Part shown: piece by piece, positions 51,525 through 61,807 of the stretch | Numbering within the stretch: the first letter of the stretch is position 1 | How the letters are laid out: each line of letters opens with the position of its first letter | Source: Synechococcus sp. | GTDB lineage: Bacteria; Cyanobacteriota; Cyanobacteriia; Thermostichales; PCC-7336 | Assembly: GCA_051439425.1 (NCBI GenBank) | Contig: JBFRWD010000110.1 | Location: 28,601-92,600, forward strand | DNA: 64,000 bases | Reading direction: 5' to 3' | Notes under the pieces: model-generated | Seen by the model: the letters and a program-made list of their open reading frames with translations, nothing else | Databases searched by the model: none | Told to the model about the DNA's origin: nothing | Made by a program: the position numbers and the translations under genes

Positions 51525-52601
51525 ATGCACCGAACTTACAACTTGCACGTGGTTGATACTCGTCCTCTACTCAGCCCGGCCACCGTTCATGGCGAGCTTC
51601 CCCTGTCCGAACCCGCAGCAGATGTGGTGCAGACGGCTCGCTCTCGGATTCGCGACATCCTAAGCGGTACAGATAAGCGACTGTTAGTAGTTGTTGGTCC
51701 CTGTTCCATTCACGACGTCCAAGCCGCCAAAGACTATGCTCAGAAGCTGCTGAAACTACGGGAAGAACTCAAAGACAGTCTTGAAATTGTCATGCGGGTG
51801 TATTTCGAGAAGCCCCGCACCACCGTTGGTTGGAAAGGACTCATCAACGACCCTCATTTGGACGGCAGTTTCGATATCAATACAGGCATCCGATTGGCCC
51901 GCAAACTGCTGCTGGACTTAGCCCACATAGGAATGCCCTCTGCAACCGAACTTCTGGACCCAATTATTCCTCAGTACCTAGCAGATATCATCGCTTGGAC
52001 TGCCATTGGTGCCCGAACTACCGAAAGCCAAATTCACCGCCAAATGGCATCCGGTCTGTCAATGCCTGTTGGCTACAAAAACAGTACCGACAGCAGTGTT
52101 GGCTCTGCAGTGAACGCGATCGCCGCAGCAAAATCCCCCCACCATTTCCTGGGAATCAACTGGGAAGGCAAAGCCAGTATTGTCGCCACCACCGGCAACC
52201 CGGATGGTCATCTGATCTTGCGAGGGGGACGTAAGGGCACAAATTTCGATCGCGACAGCGTAGACAGTGCTGCGAGCGAGCTTCTCCAGCAAGGGGCTCC
52301 ATCACGCATCATGATTGACTGCAGCCATGGCAACAGCAACAAAGATCCCCGCAATCAACCAATTGTTCTGCAGACCATTGGCGAACAGGTTCAGGGCGGT
52401 TCTCAGAACATCATGGGCGTCATGGTTGAGAGCCATTTGGTGGAAGGAAAACAGCCCATTCCAGATGACTTATCTACCCTGACCTACGGTCAAAGCATTA
52501 CCGATGCCTGCGTGAATCTAAATACAACTGCCGATATGCTGCGCTCGCTGGCTGACAGCGTACAACTGGGCCGTTTTAGCACCAGCGCTGTTGCCAACTA
52601 G
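51525..52601 (+). CDS. aroF: 3-deoxy-7-phosphoheptulonate (DAHP) synthase, class I-alpha (AroF/G/H type)
   Basis: VGPCSIHD, MRVYFEKPRTTVGWKGLINDP, IGARTTESQ, DCSHGNS and GQSITDAC. Confidence 0.93.
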   Translation: MHRTYNLHVVDTRPLLSPATVHGELPLSEPAADVVQTARSRIRDILSGTDKRLLVVVGPCSIHDVQAAKDYAQKLLKLREELKDSLEIVMRVYFEKPRTTVGWKGLINDPHLDGSFDINTGIRLARKLLLDLAHIGMPSATELLDPIIPQYLADIIAWTAIGARTTESQIHRQMASGLSMPVGYKNSTDSSVGSAVNAIAAAKSPHHFLGINWEGKASIVATTGNPDGHLILRGGRKGTNFDRDSVDSAASELLQQGAPSRIMIDCSHGNSNKDPRNQPIVLQTIGEQVQGGSQNIMGVMVESHLVEGKQPIPDDLSTLTYGQSITDACVNLNTTADMLRSLADSVQLGRFSTSAVAN

Positions 52602-52728
52602 GTGTTGGAGCAATCCTTCGTCTGCCAACATCTCGTCAATGCAGCCGAGTCGTTTCTTGCAACAAAACTCAAAATACGTGTCGCTATCGTTACAATAGTA
52701 GCCAAATTCCATTTGGGGACGGGTTGTT

Positions 52729-54480
52729 TTGGCCGATTTCTCCGCTTCGAGCATTTCCTTATCGCCTACATTTGCCGGTGATTGGGATGTTGCGATTGTC
52801 GGAAGCGGGGCAGCTGGGCTCTACACAGCCCTGAGTTTTCCAAGTGACTGGCGCATCTTGCTGGTCACCAAAGAGACATTGCCCACCTCTTCCAGTAGTT
52901 GGGCTCAAGGGGGAATTGCTGCGGCGATCGAGCCCGATGACTCCCCGCAGCTTCACGCGGCCGATACGTTACGGGCTGGAGTTGGCTTGTGCGAACCGGA
53001 AGCGGTACAGGTGTTAGTTCAAGAGGCAGGCGATCGCATCGAAGAACTACTGCGGTGGGGGGTAGAGTTCGACCGCGCTAAGCAGTCCGATCGTGCAGCT
53101 CCTGAACTGAGCACGCTACCTCACCGTCTGGCCGTCACCCTGGAAGCCGCCCATTCCCGTCGCCGAGTTCTACACGTTGCTGATGCCACCGGCAAAGCTC
53201 TGGTACAGCGGTTGCTTGCCAAAGTGCTCGAGGCGGACAACATTACGATTTGGGAGCGAGCCCAAGTTATCGATCTGTGGATGGAGCGGGGGCACTGTTG
53301 TGGGTTCTATGGTGTCCGGTGGAGCGATTCACAAGCCCTAGGCTTTAGCGTACGGGCGTCCGCGACGGTACTGGCCACTGGGGGAGCAGGTCAACTGTAT
53401 ACACACACCACCAATCCATCGTCCAGCACTGGAGATGGCCAGGCGATCGCCTGGCGGGCTGGGGCTGCACTGCGAGATTTAGAGTTTATGCAGTTTCATC
53501 CCACAGCGTTGATGGTATCCAATGCCCCTCGATTTTTAATTAGCGAGGCCGTTCGGGGGGAAGGGGCACATTTGGTTGACGCTTCCGGTCGGCGGTTTGC
53601 TTTTGACTACCACCCGGATGGGGAGTTGGCTCCGCGCGATGTAGTTAGCCGGGCTATTTTTCGCCACCTACAAGCCCGATCTCATGGCCAGCCTAACCAC
53701 GTTTGGTTAGATATGCGGCATCTTACCCCCGCCACAATTCGCCATCGCTTTCCAACGATTGCCAAGGTTTGCCAACGCCACGGTATCGACGTTTTCTCGG
53801 ACTTAGTTCCCGTGGCTCCAGCAGCTCATTATTGGATGGGAGGCATTGAAACCGATCTGTGGGGACGGACCTCTATTGCAGGTTTGTACGCAGTTGGAGA
53901 AGTGGCCTCGACTGGAGTACATGGGGCAAATCGGTTAGCCAGTAACTCTCTGCTGGAATGTTTAGTGTTTGCCCATCGACTGGCATTAGCCATCCACAAC
54001 GAAGGGAAAACTGTTGCTAGTGCTGACAGCTCGCACACCATGGCTGCAGAGTATATTCCTCCTACGATTCGCATTGCAGCTAGCGAGGTTGATACTCGGG
54101 TGCAACGTTTGTCTCATCTCTTGTGGAATGCTGCTGGTATCGTTCGGCATGGGGAACGACTAACCAAGGCAATACAAGAGCTGTCATCATTTCAGGCAAT
54201 AGATTGCCAATTGAACTGGTCTAGACCTGACATCAGCGATCGCCATCAGCATGAGGTTCCATCCTTCAATTTGCATCGCAGTCTAGAACTTCGTAACTTA
54301 AGAACCCTAGCTGTATTGGTTCTCAAAAGTACTCAATTTAGAACAGAAAGTCGCGGAGGCCATTTTCGCGATGACTTTCCTGACGGCGATCCGAAGTGGT
54401 TGGGCCATACTCGCTGTATTGGCGAGCGGATTGGACTTACTCCTTTGGGCGGGAGTCCCGTTCCAGTGCAATCTAGCTAG
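52729..54480 (+). CDS. nadB: L-aspartate oxidase
   Basis: GSGAAGL, SSWAQGGIA, EAAHSRRRVLH, QFHPT, LISEAVRGEG and HGANRLASNSLLE. Confidence 0.96.
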   Translation: MADFSASSISLSPTFAGDWDVAIVGSGAAGLYTALSFPSDWRILLVTKETLPTSSSSWAQGGIAAAIEPDDSPQLHAADTLRAGVGLCEPEAVQVLVQEAGDRIEELLRWGVEFDRAKQSDRAAPELSTLPHRLAVTLEAAHSRRRVLHVADATGKALVQRLLAKVLEADNITIWERAQVIDLWMERGHCCGFYGVRWSDSQALGFSVRASATVLATGGAGQLYTHTTNPSSSTGDGQAIAWRAGAALRDLEFMQFHPTALMVSNAPRFLISEAVRGEGAHLVDASGRRFAFDYHPDGELAPRDVVSRAIFRHLQARSHGQPNHVWLDMRHLTPATIRHRFPTIAKVCQRHGIDVFSDLVPVAPAAHYWMGGIETDLWGRTSIAGLYAVGEVASTGVHGANRLASNSLLECLVFAHRLALAIHNEGKTVASADSSHTMAAEYIPPTIRIAASEVDTRVQRLSHLLWNAAGIVRHGERLTKAIQELSSFQAIDCQLNWSRPDISDRHQHEVPSFNLHRSLELRNLRTLAVLVLKSTQFRTESRGGHFRDDFPDGDPKWLGHTRCIGERIGLTPLGGSPVPVQSS

Positions 54481-54481
54481 C

Positions 54482-54576
54482 CATAGTGTTAGCCATTTCA
54501 GTTAGAACAAAGGCTTCCTGGCACAGTCTGGATTGGACATCGCAGAAACGTCCGCAGTTGAATGGCTACAATCATA
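54482..54576 (+). repeat. ~95-bp dispersed MITE-like repeat, copy D (most diverged)
   Basis: CATAGTGTTAGCCATTTCAGTTAGAAC...GGACATCGCAGAAACGTCCGCAGTTGAATGGCTAC; begins 1 nt after the nadB stop. Confidence 0.75.
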
Positions 54577-54703
54577 TAAGCACTAGGCAATCCGTCAGGC
54601 AGCGTTATCGAGCCATCGATCCTGAAAATTCATGGATTTGAGCTGTTTCCATCCCCTAGAGCTTTCTGCAGATGACTTAGAACCACCAACTGCTTTGCGA
54701 AAC

Positions 54704-54730
54704 AAAAAGAGACTGCATTCTTGCAGTCTC
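54704..54730 (-). terminator. Intrinsic terminator
   Basis: GAGACTGCA-TTCT-TGCAGTCTC 9-bp stem with an A5 tract on its left. Confidence 0.75.
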
Positions 54731-54836
54731 CAAACTGAAACGTTAACTATTCAAAGGAATGGAACCTTAATCACCTGCAACAGACACCCCCCAACAGAGA
54801 CAAGCATGTGAAACCTTGGTTTCGCACTTACCTCAC

Positions 54837-55013
54837 TTAAGATGCTTTAGCCGCAGGATTTCGAGACAGTCCGAGAAGCTCAACGAGAAGGCTGGCACGG
54901 TCTTGGTTCTTATCAGACAAAACAGTAGTTAGAACCGCTTCTTCTTCTGCAGAAGTCAAGGATCCTAGGGATAGTGCCTGCTGAACCACTGGCTTAATCA
55001 GTTGGAAATCCAT
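54837..55013 (-). CDS. Small hypothetical protein, 58 aa
   Basis: MDFQLIKPVVQQALSLGSLTSAEEEAVL...; helical pattern, with a terminator downstream. Confidence 0.55.
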   Translation of the reverse strand: MDFQLIKPVVQQALSLGSLTSAEEEAVLTTVLSDKNQDRASLLVELLGLSRNPAAKAS

Positions 55014-55439
55014 CAAAGATGCGACTGATTCACGACACAATCAGTATGCATCACGAAATTGACCTAATCAGTATCGACTGTTACCTGTCATCCTACGTAG
55101 GTAAAAACTACACCAAAAAGTACAGGCACCAGGCCAACTTCAGTGTTATTACGCATCGCAAACTCCTGAGATACAAGTTCGCAATGATATCCGACAGATA
55201 AGTACGTAGCGGCGATTGGTCGTCATTAACTGCACATGAACGGACCAACCCATTATTCTGTCGGTCGGAATGACAATTCAGCAATCCGAAGCGGTTCTCC
55301 AGCTTTACTCTTTTTTTTGCTGGTTTGCTCGGCTTATTGTGATCCATACCGGAAACTGGCATCAAGGCATTGGCGAAACCAAAGACTAGGAGTAGCAGAG
55401 GCATAAGAACCTCTGCAAAATGCCTGATGTATCTAGGAA

Positions 55440-55751
55440 TTAGATGCTTGGCAGCCAGCTTCGAAACTCGTCTTTGCGGAACACTCGGGGACGGGCACGA
55501 GGGCCAAACCGAATCAAGCTGGGCAATCCATGTTCGAGAATATTGCGCTTCAGCCATGTTCCGATGGGGGTGCGACCATCAGCAGGCATTTCCGATTGGA
55601 AGTGACTGTACATCAGCAATAACTGATTGCTAGACTGGAGCGGTACATTGTCTTGTATGAGTTTGGGCAGAGGAGTACTGGGAGTTCGAGTAACAGTTCT
55701 ACGATTTTCTAGAGATGTACGAGAATAAAAAGGCTTCCGAGAGCGGGGCAT
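55440..55751 (-). CDS. Hypothetical protein with an excisionase/AlpA-like C-terminus
   Basis: IGTWLKRNILEHGLPSLIRFGPRARPRVFRKDEFRSWL resembles the HTH_17/AlpA wing pattern. Confidence 0.4.
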   Translation of the reverse strand: MPRSRKPFYSRTSLENRRTVTRTPSTPLPKLIQDNVPLQSSNQLLLMYSHFQSEMPADGRTPIGTWLKRNILEHGLPSLIRFGPRARPRVFRKDEFRSWLPSI

Positions 55752-56391
55752 ATAAGCTCAATCCCACAATATTAAGGTTTGCGTAAACCCAAGACACTTC
55801 AGGGGAGGGGAGACGCCACCAGTCCAGCAATAGAGGAACGCCTGCGGATGCAGTGGGTCATTAGATGCTCAGAGCTGTTTGAATAATGCAGGTGTGCTAT
55901 CTCAAATCAGCAGCGCACTTACAGATGCAGCAGATTGCATAGTCAACAGTATCGACTTGGGGGACTCGACTAAAATATCGCTTGATTCCCCAAAAACCTG
56001 CCAAGACACATCAGCTCAAAGAAACGATTTTGTGACTTGGATTACCTTCATTATGCAAGGATGCGGGAAAAAATGCCACCCCAAAGGCCAAATCCTTTGC
56101 TAAATAACAGATTTTTGGCGTTGCCATTGTTGGCAAGAATCCTTGACTCTCGTGTTTTGCAACTGAAATGGGGATGCAATCGCGAAACTTCTTAGATTAT
56201 TCATGAGGCAAAGGAGGGAAGCAGCCTGCATATTGTCTGCGAGAGACTAGAGAGTCGGATTTGGACGATTCTTCCTCTTAGTGGTTGCCAGACTGACTAT
56301 CCTGCTTGTAGTCAGCAGGATACATGCCCAGAAGAAGCGCTGGAACAGAAAACGAGCAGTACTGGAAGATTACTTTGCAGAGGAGATCGGC

Positions 56392-57333
56392 TTAGTAACT
56401 AGTTTCGAACCCCTCATCGTCGTAATCGCTGCTGTAATCTTCGACGTCTACAGAACGGATGGGGGAGTTCAGATCGCTATCATCCGAAAAGTCATTGTCA
56501 TTAGCAAAGCCCTCGGGCATGCGAGGAGGACGGCGACGGGTGCTGGCGCGACCGCGAGGGCGACGAGAAACCCGGGGTTCGTCCGGAAAACTTTCGTCAT
56601 CAAAGACTTCACTAGAGCGATCGCGATCGTAGTTGCTACTGCCGGCAAACTCGTCACGAGTCTCGAAGTCATCATCAACTCTGCGCGTAGGGCGAGGGCG
56701 CCCAGGACGCCGACCGGGACGTCTTGCAGACGGATAATCTTCTGGGCGAGAGTCATCAGAATAGCCCGCCTCATCAAAGCGACCACCAGCATCATCGAAA
56801 TCATTGCCTGGGGAGCGATCGCGAGTGGTCTGGCCGGGACGTGGGCGACGGCTGGAACGACGCGCTTCGCTGCTGCTCGCGAGCCGAGGGCGTGCACCAT
56901 TCGCAGAGCGTAATTTGCGGCGGCGGGGGCTAGAGTCATCGTCATAGGTGTCGCTCATGCGATTGCGACCACTGTCGTACTCTTCGCCGCTGTATGTACG
57001 GGTGAACCCACGCGGGCCACGACGGCTGGGGCCGACACCACCGCCGCCGCTACTCTGACGGGCTCTTTCGGTCAGCTGCATGCGCAACCGGAACGATTCC
57101 ACCGCAAAGAAGGTACTGGTTCCAATGAGTAATAACTGAGCAAATGCCAGTAGTGGGATTAGACGCCACCCTTCCCACATCAATGTGACTGCATAGATAA
57201 ATCCAACGATCGCAAATATGACATCGTATTCTCGCGAAGCCGTTGGGCGAAAGTAGCGCAGCGAAAAGAAGCCTGCACTTGCAATTGCCACAAGCGCCCC
57301 CATCAAAAACATGGGGTTGGTGGTGTCTAACAT
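56392..57333 (-). CDS. ycf66: Ycf66-family protein
   Basis: LRYFRPTASREYDVIF...WEGWRLIPLLAFAQLLL...FFAVESFRLR followed by an Arg/Asp-rich tail. Confidence 0.88.
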   Translation of the reverse strand: MLDTTNPMFLMGALVAIASAGFFSLRYFRPTASREYDVIFAIVGFIYAVTLMWEGWRLIPLLAFAQLLLIGTSTFFAVESFRLRMQLTERARQSSGGGGVGPSRRGPRGFTRTYSGEEYDSGRNRMSDTYDDDSSPRRRKLRSANGARPRLASSSEARRSSRRPRPGQTTRDRSPGNDFDDAGGRFDEAGYSDDSRPEDYPSARRPGRRPGRPRPTRRVDDDFETRDEFAGSSNYDRDRSSEVFDDESFPDEPRVSRRPRGRASTRRRPPRMPEGFANDNDFSDDSDLNSPIRSVDVEDYSSDYDDEGFETSY

Positions 57334-57618
57334 CGTGGTCTCCTAATGGAGTGGGTCAGCCGGCTCCGAAGCAACCAATTGTTGGCCATCCTTACGTAAG
57401 ACGTACTTGCCTGTTGAGACACTTGTTGTCGCAATAAGGGGAACTGGACGTTAGGCTGCCCATTCGGCGCAATTCTACCGAAATTGAGGTTACTCTAACT
57501 TCACACCAACGCACTCCGATACGCTGCCATTTTAACAGTGGGTTATTGAAAACTGCTGGGAAAGTAGCTTCTGACGGGCGAGTCATCTTCGTTCGGTTCC
57601 ATTCACCGTCCCCCTCCG

Positions 57619-58254
57619 CTAGAGCGGAACCGCTTGTCGCCGAAGGGCTTCGGCACGCGCTCGATATTGTGTTTTTAGTTCGACATTTTGGGCTCGATTG
57701 CACTGGTCTTGCAGTGCAGAAATAAGACTGGTTTGGGCCGTGCGTGAGGAGTATCCCAGTTGAGTCGCTAGCAGAATAGCTTTGCAATCCGCAGCGTAAA
57801 TATCTCGCACAGACTGCCGGTTTCTGCGCTTCCGATACAGACGGGCTCCGGCCACGCTGGCCAGTGCCAGAGAGAGTAGTAACAACCAAGTGTCTTGCAC
57901 CCAAACCTCTCCGACTGCTCCCCCCAAGCCAATTAGGAATGCAGATTTTTCCCAACCTTCTTTAGGGATGGTATCGCTTTGAATGCGGGCGATCTGATGC
58001 AAAAACAGGAGGTCTCGGTGTTCGCGGGGAAGCTGTTGCCAATGGGCTAGGTCTAACTCGATCGCGATCCGATCGCCCAGAGCATCCGAACTGGAAATTA
58101 AATCTGCCTTGTAGGTGCCGGTGACATGGATATCAACCCAACTGCGTAATTCCATTGGCAGTAGTGCTTGCAGCCGCTTGACTTCGTTTGGGTGAAGTTG
58201 CGACTGGGAAGATGAAGCCGGATCGAACCTCATAGGATTGTGTCTGTTCGACAT
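57619..58254 (-). CDS. DUF3318-family protein
   Basis: EVKRLQALLP, WQQLPREHRDLLFLHQIARIQ, GLGGAVGE and YRARAEALRR. Confidence 0.8.
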   Translation of the reverse strand: MSNRHNPMRFDPASSSQSQLHPNEVKRLQALLPMELRSWVDIHVTGTYKADLISSSDALGDRIAIELDLAHWQQLPREHRDLLFLHQIARIQSDTIPKEGWEKSAFLIGLGGAVGEVWVQDTWLLLLSLALASVAGARLYRKRRNRQSVRDIYAADCKAILLATQLGYSSRTAQTSLISALQDQCNRAQNVELKTQYRARAEALRRQAVPL

Positions 58255-58386
58255 AGGAAAGAGAGTGCGATCGTAGCCCTGTACGACGGACCTAGCTGCG
58301 TTCTCGCAGTTTGTTTGCAGAATTTAGCTAAAGCCAAACCAGGGACGGGGATTAGGCTGGGCAATAGGTGGACTAGACAGGAACTA

Positions 58387-59622
58387 CTAGACACTCACGG
58401 GTGGTTCCATCCAGCGTCCATCGTCTTTGATGAGATCGATCAATTCCTTGACACCGTTGGCCTCCGGTACACGCTTGACTTCTTCACGACCGCGATAGAG
58501 GGCGATGGTTCCGGGAGTTTTGCCGACGTAGCCATAGTCGGCATCTGCCATTTCGCCAGGGCCATTCACGATGCAGCCCATGACGGCAATATCCAATCCT
58601 GTGAGATGCTTTGTTGCTTCGCGTACTTCGTGCAGCACCGTTTCCAGGTTAAAAAGGGTACGGCCGCAAGAGGGGCAAGCCACGTACTCCACCATCGTTT
58701 TGCGAAGCCCAAGGGCCTGCAGAATGCTGTAGCAAACAGGAATTTCCTTCTCAGGTGCTTCGGTGAGGGAAACGCGAATGGTGTCGCCAATACCTTCTGC
58801 TAGCAGGGTTCCGATACCGGCGGTGGACTTAATGCGTCCGTATTCGCCGTCACCGGCCTCGGTAACACCAAGATGGAAGGGGAAGTTATAGCCCAGTGCA
58901 TCTAACCGTTTGGCGGCCAGGCGATAGGCGGCAATCATGACCGGAACGCGAGATGCTTTGAAGGACAAGGTGATGTTGTGAAAATCTAGCTCGTCACAGA
59001 TTTCGATAAATTCTAGGGCAGATTCCACCATGCCTTCGGGGGTGTCGCCATAGGTGAATAACATACGCTCGGCCAGCGAGCCGTGGTTGACGCCAATACG
59101 CATCGACTTACCTTGGTCCCGCAGTGAAATAACTAAGGGTTCGAGAGTTTCGCGAATTTTGGCTTTGACGCGATCGAATTCCGCTTGGGTGTATTCTTCG
59201 TCAGTGTCTTTAGCTTGTTCGAAGACATACAAACCGGGATTAATGCGCACATTGTCGACATGTTTGGCTACCTCTAGGGCAATTTTCATGCCGTTGTGGT
59301 GAACGTCAGCCACAAGGGGGACGGGTTGATAGGTGGAATAGAGTTTCTCGCGAATGTCACCTACAGCCTTGGCATGCCCAACGCTGGGAACCGTCACCCG
59401 CACGACTTCGCATCCTTGCTCGTGCAGACGACGAATGGCAGCGACAGCGCCATCAATATCTTTGGTGTCTTCGTTAATCATGGAGTGAACGACGACGGGG
59501 TGGCCCCCTCCCACCATGACATTGCCGATGGGGACGGCACGGGTTTCGCGACGGGGATAGGTCAACTCTAGGTTTGCCTGACTGGGATTGAGGCAGGTCT
59601 TGGGGGGGTCGATGGTTTGCAT
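58387..59622 (-). CDS. ispG: (E)-4-hydroxy-3-methylbut-2-enyl-diphosphate synthase
   Basis: [38 protein letters not shown] and [10 protein letters not shown]. Confidence 0.98.
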   Translation of the reverse strand: MQTIDPPKTCLNPSQANLELTYPRRETRAVPIGNVMVGGGHPVVVHSMINEDTKDIDGAVAAIRRLHEQGCEVVRVTVPSVGHAKAVGDIREKLYSTYQPVPLVADVHHNGMKIALEVAKHVDNVRINPGLYVFEQAKDTDEEYTQAEFDRVKAKIRETLEPLVISLRDQGKSMRIGVNHGSLAERMLFTYGDTPEGMVESALEFIEICDELDFHNITLSFKASRVPVMIAAYRLAAKRLDALGYNFPFHLGVTEAGDGEYGRIKSTAGIGTLLAEGIGDTIRVSLTEAPEKEIPVCYSILQALGLRKTMVEYVACPSCGRTLFNLETVLHEVREATKHLTGLDIAVMGCIVNGPGEMADADYGYVGKTPGTIALYRGREEVKRVPEANGVKELIDLIKDDGRWMEPPVSV

Positions 59623-59850
59623 TCCCTTCGCTCGCTCTGCTCGGTTGGGATCGGGTTATCGATTTGATTGTAAGGGCTGTCTGGATACAAGGTGGATGTT
59701 GTAGGCGACATCGGTGTGTACTTGCTCGCTTCCTGGTGTTTTGGTCTTCCTTATGAAACTGGGATGAACGGTCTCGCGAAAGTGTTGAATTGCACCGGAT
59801 TTAGCAGGGCAATCGCGCTAAGGTATGGTGATTTTGACGTGCAGCTACAT

Positions 59851-60735
59851 ATGAAGCGCTGGGTAAACATTGCCGGAACGCTAGCCCTATCTGGGTTGTC
59901 TGTCGTTGGACTGGCGGCGTTCGGTCTGTTGCGGGGTTGGCACGTCGATAAGGTGCCCCCCGAAGACCTGGGGGCTCAGTTGCTGCCGAATTTTCGGATT
60001 ACCACCCCAGAGGGAGAGGGACCGTTTCCCACGATGTTGGCATTTCATGGGTGCGGGGGAGTAAGCGAGCACGGTTGGGCTGACGTTCTGGCGACGCAGG
60101 GATACGCCATGGTGTTGGTGGATAGCTATGGCAGTCGCCCGCAATTAATGTCGGAGGATGTCTGCAGTGGCAAGGCGTTCTGGGGGGCCGAGCGGGCTGG
60201 AGATGTGTGGGCCAGCATTGCTGTAGCTCGCGAGTTACCGTTTGTCGATCACAACAATCTTTTTCTGATGGGATGGTCTCACGGCGGTTGGGCGATCGCC
60301 GATTTGCTTGCCCTGCGCTCTGATAACCGCTTACCCACTAACCTCAGTCAAACACCCGATGTGGATGTGGAAACGGCTATAGCGGGAGCGATTTTGATGT
60401 ATCCCTATTGCGGGTTTCCGGCAATATCTCGACGGGGTTGGTCCCTGCAGGTGCCGTCACTCATGTTGTTAGGCAGTGAAGATACTGTGGCAAATCCAGA
60501 AGACTGTTTGGCGATCGCCGAGCGCGCCAATCGTCGAACGAGACATCAACAATATGTCCCGACGATTGCTCACGTTTACGAAGGAGCCGGACATGTATTC
60601 GACATCGCTTTTTACCCTGAAACCTACGAGCCGGAAGTGACAGCGGATGCTCGAGAGCGAATTTTAGAATTTATGGAGAATCAGATTGGTGGGGTTGAGT
60701 CGGGCACGATTGCTGAAAATGCCGTTCATGAGTAG
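59851..60735 (+). CDS. Dienelactone hydrolase-family alpha/beta hydrolase
   Basis: FHGCGG, nucleophile elbow GWSHGG, YPYCG, GSEDTV and YEGAGHVFD; start trimmed to the ATG at 59851. Confidence 0.85.
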   Translation: MKRWVNIAGTLALSGLSVVGLAAFGLLRGWHVDKVPPEDLGAQLLPNFRITTPEGEGPFPTMLAFHGCGGVSEHGWADVLATQGYAMVLVDSYGSRPQLMSEDVCSGKAFWGAERAGDVWASIAVARELPFVDHNNLFLMGWSHGGWAIADLLALRSDNRLPTNLSQTPDVDVETAIAGAILMYPYCGFPAISRRGWSLQVPSLMLLGSEDTVANPEDCLAIAERANRRTRHQQYVPTIAHVYEGAGHVFDIAFYPETYEPEVTADARERILEFMENQIGGVESGTIAENAVHE

Positions 60736-60891
60736 CCAGCTACAGTATTTGGTCCACTCAGTCTTTGTAAGTTCGAGCAGACCAAGACATTTCAGTCAGA
60801 GGCAAGGATAGGTTTGAGGCACCTTGTCTACCAGTTTGTCTAACGCCACAGACAAAAATAAGTGTCCGACAACGAGGCAAACTTAATATCG

Positions 60892-61752
60892 CTAATCCCG
60901 GTTCAATCCCTTGGTAGCCAACATTTCCATTGCGGGAGTGCGATCGCCGTTACAAGCGATCCGTCGCGGAGCCGGTAGGGTATCGATTGTGAACCCCAGA
61001 TTTCGGTAGAGATCGCAGATGCGATCGGTCGCTTGATTCGAGGCAACAACCGGGCCGTTATGCGTGGCCAACCACGTTGCCAGACGTACCTGCTCCTCCC
61101 AGGCAAACCCTCCCGCACTATAAGCAGTGAATTCCACGTCGTACGGAGGATCGGCGTAAATAAAGTCCTCAGGCTGGATCTCGATTGCTGCAAAGTCCCC
61201 TTGCTGGATAGTCCAGGACTTGAGGAGAGGACAGTAATGGGAAAAGTCAGTGACGTAATTGATGGTTTTGTAGCGGCCAAATGGCACGTTGAAACGATTG
61301 CGACGGTTGAACCGGCACAAACCGTTGAAACCCGTACGGTTAAGGTAATAGAACAGCCCTGCTGCATCTCGACTGGTACTTTGCCCCGCATCCACCAGTT
61401 GATTGAATTCCTCGCGATAGCGGTAATATAGCTCGCTGTCATTGGCGAGATCCCGCGAGATTGCCAGCCCGCGCTGCACCCACTGATAGAAATTCACCAG
61501 GTGTTCGTTGGTGTCGTTCAACAGTGCTTGTTGCGGTTGCAATCCCAACGCCACCGCCATGCCTCCGACAAAAGGCTCTACTAAGCGGCGATCGCAATAC
61601 GGCTGCCATAGCTCCTGCAGTTGAGGGACTAACCAACGCTTCCCACCAGCCCACTTCAACGGAGGCTTTAGAACCGGAGGGGTGGGCAATGTACGAGAAA
61701 AAGCTGACGTAGACGTTGCTGATGCCACTAAACACGTTGAACGAATAATCAC
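60892..61752 (-). CDS. Dam-family (D12 class) N6-adenine DNA methyltransferase, orphan
   Basis: LKWAGGK, EPFVGG, YLNRTGFNGLCRFN...FNVPFG and YADPPY; start probably downstream. Confidence 0.93.
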   Translation of the reverse strand: MIIRSTCLVASATSTSAFSRTLPTPPVLKPPLKWAGGKRWLVPQLQELWQPYCDRRLVEPFVGGMAVALGLQPQQALLNDTNEHLVNFYQWVQRGLAISRDLANDSELYYRYREEFNQLVDAGQSTSRDAAGLFYYLNRTGFNGLCRFNRRNRFNVPFGRYKTINYVTDFSHYCPLLKSWTIQQGDFAAIEIQPEDFIYADPPYDVEFTAYSAGGFAWEEQVRLATWLATHNGPVVASNQATDRICDLYRNLGFTIDTLPAPRRIACNGDRTPAMEMLATKGLNRD

Positions 61753-61807
61753 CCCACCATACTGAAAAAGTTGAGCGGGCGTACTCTATCTCCAACAGGG
61801 ACAGGGA

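Noticed and set aside
6877..54576. The 95-bp repeats as a CRISPR array or integron attC sites
   Set aside because: The copies are kilobases apart, not regularly spaced, and there is no cas or integrase gene.
55108..55557. 149-aa minus-strand ORF
   Set aside because: No recognisable motifs, and it overlaps the more protein-like 55440-55751 ORF.
56155..56175. CAACTGAAATGG, resembling the core of the 95-bp repeat (similar fragment near 46233-46250)
   Set aside because: Only about 10 bp match and the rest does not align, so these are not counted as copies.
56281..56945. Long overlapping ORFs antisense to or out of frame with ycf66
   Set aside because: Shadow frames of a GC-rich low-complexity coding region.
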